From NCBI GenBank assembly GCA_002348185.1, contig DDYW01000021.1, positions 24,248-88,247 on the forward strand: a stretch of DNA of 64,000 bases, read 5' to 3'. The position numbers were made by a program, and so were the translations under genes. Of the stretch, positions 62,501 through 64,000 are shown piece after piece (position 1 is the stretch's first letter; every line of letters begins with the position of its first letter). A model generated the notes under the pieces. It was not told where the DNA came from and searched no databases. It saw only the letters and a list, made by a program, of their open reading frames with translations. Source of the stretch: Candidatus Hydrogenedentes bacterium UBA2224 (GTDB lineage: Bacteria; Hydrogenedentota; Hydrogenedentia; Hydrogenedentales; SLHB01).

Positions 62501-63676
62501 ATGAACTACCGACCCGTTACCCTGGCCCTCATGGCGCTGGCCCTCGCGGCGCCGCTCGCATCCGCCCAGCAGAATGTCCGGCCCATGTTGCCGAAGACGC
62601 TCTATGCCGCGCCGGGGATTGAGTGCAATCTCTATTTCGACAACGCGGTCCTCGTTCTCGATGCGGACGGTTTTGCCTTCGACGCCAATTGCGGGAAAGG
62701 CGTCCAGTTCGCCGAGTGCTGGCGTTTCGTGCCGGTGGCGGACGACGTGGGGGATTACGGCCTCACGCTCACGGTGCGCAACGCCGAAAACGCGGTGGTG
62801 GCCGAGGGCGCGACGGTCGTCCGGGTCGCCCCGGCAAGCGCTGGCGCGGGCAGGAACGTCTCGCTTCTGCTCATCGGCGACAGCCTCACCAACGCCTCGG
62901 TGTATTCGCAGCATCTGCTCGATCTGTGCGCGGCCGAGGGCAATCCCGCCCTGACGCTCGTCGGCTCCCACGGGCCCGGCGAAGTGCTCGGCCCCAACCG
63001 TCATGAAGGCTACGGCGGGTGGACCGCGAGACGGTTCGCGACGCATTGGACCGGCATCGCCCGCACCGGCGACCTCGCCAAACGCGGCAGCCCCTTTCTC
63101 TACGAGACCGGCGACGGCCGCCGCGAACTCGATTTCCAGCGGTACTGCAACGACGTCAATGGCGGGCACGTCCCCGATTTCGTCACCATCTTCCTCGGGT
63201 GCAACGACACCTTTGGCGCCACCGACGACACCATCGAGAGCCAGATCGACGACATGTTTGCCCATATGGACGCGCTCATCGCCATGATCCGCGCGGTTTC
63301 GCCCGATCTGCCCATCGGACTGATCCAGCCGGTGCCGCCCACCGCGTCGCAGGACGCCTTCGGCGCGAATTATGCCTCCGGGCAGACCCGGTGGCAGTAT
63401 CGCCGTAACCAGCACCGTGTGGTCGAGCGCATGGAAGAGCGCTACGCCGCGATGCCCCACGTGTGGCTCGTGCCCGCGTACATCAGCCTCGACGGCGTGC
63501 ACAATTTCCCGGCAGCGCCGCAGCCGGTCAATGCGCGGAACGCCGCAACCGTTGTGCGCTCGTACGACAGCGTGCATCCCGCCGAGACCGGCTACCGTCA
63601 GATCGGCGACAGCATCTACTGCTGGTTGAAACACCTGCTCGCGGAAGACGCTCAGGCTCCGGAGACCGCCCCATGA
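62501..63676 (+). CDS. SGNH/GDSL-type hydrolase, secreted
   Basis: Signal peptide ...LAAPLASA. LLLIGDSLTN (block I), GCND (block III), DSVHPAETGY (block V DxxH). GGACAGGAGAA box upstream. Confidence 0.8.
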   Translation: MNYRPVTLALMALALAAPLASAQQNVRPMLPKTLYAAPGIECNLYFDNAVLVLDADGFAFDANCGKGVQFAECWRFVPVADDVGDYGLTLTVRNAENAVVAEGATVVRVAPASAGAGRNVSLLLIGDSLTNASVYSQHLLDLCAAEGNPALTLVGSHGPGEVLGPNRHEGYGGWTARRFATHWTGIARTGDLAKRGSPFLYETGDGRRELDFQRYCNDVNGGHVPDFVTIFLGCNDTFGATDDTIESQIDDMFAHMDALIAMIRAVSPDLPIGLIQPVPPTASQDAFGANYASGQTRWQYRRNQHRVVERMEERYAAMPHVWLVPAYISLDGVHNFPAAPQPVNARNAATVVRSYDSVHPAETGYRQIGDSIYCWLKHLLAEDAQAPETAP

Positions 63677-64000
63677 AGTACGTGGCCGGCCGGGTATTCG
63701 CCATGGCGTCGCTTGCGGTCCTCTGCGCCGGCGCGTATGCCGCTGAAGCGCCGCCCGGGGACGTTTCCCGCGTGTCGTACGACCTGCAGCTCGACACTGT
63801 CCGGTCCGGGTACGACTAGGAGACCTGCTGGGTCCATTCCCGCGCGGGCGCCATTCCCGCCGACCCGCCCATCGTCGTGCTGACCATGCAGAAACTGCTC
63901 CTGAGCGGCTCCGACATCTTTTTCGCGCTGAACGAAATGCGCACCGATGACCTCGGCCGCACGTGGACCGGCCCCGTCGAGCACGAGACCCTCGGACGCC
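63673..64000 (+). pseudogene. BNR/sialidase-like secreted protein gene interrupted by an in-frame TAG (63817-63819); it continues past the window end
   Basis: ATGA overlap with the upstream stop. Signal peptide MKYVAGRVFAMASLAVLCAGAYA. The frame reads ...VRSGYD*ETCWVHSRAGAIPADPPIVVLTMQKLLLSGSDIFFALNEMRTDDLGRTWTGP with codon bias unchanged after the stop. Confidence 0.55.

Overview
GC-rich bacterial chromosomal segment (about two-thirds G+C by eye) with strong GC3 codon bias, so almost every real gene is shadowed by long spurious antisense ORFs. I call about 50 protein genes, most with a Shine-Dalgarno-like GGAGG/GAGGG box upstream. The gene content suggests a glycan-foraging, diderm, PVC/Planctomycetota-like or related candidate-phylum organism. 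It includes a DUF1559 H-X9-DG pseudopilin-like protein, DUF6807/PmoA-like and Tat-signal Gfo/Idh/MocA oxidoreductases, DUF4091, BNR-sialidase-like, FG-GAP propeller and beta-helix/dockerin proteins, and a sugar ABC importer. Housekeeping anchors are dnaX with a Bacillus-type long SRP RNA directly upstream, mnmA and panE. There is also a GspI-J-K-F type II secretion/pilus sub-cluster and an M23 peptidase-bactofilin pair. The most interesting locus is 53.5-60.1 kb. There the function-unknown AmmeMemoRadiSam trio (radical SAM, plus a Memo-AMMECR1 fusion) is translationally coupled to a 1185-aa membrane fusion. That fusion combines a spermidine-synthase-like domain, a flavinylatable FMN_bind domain and a NapH/NosR-type polyferredoxin, and two small ORFs accompany it. 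The second notable signal is a pervasive mosaic intergenic repeat family. It is built from 9-bp-phased RTGGAC arrays, often as inverted pairs flanking a ~150-bp hairpin-rich core, at about 9 loci. All coordinates were counted by hand and motif-level positions may be off by a few nt. No searches were run; family names come from recognisable motifs.
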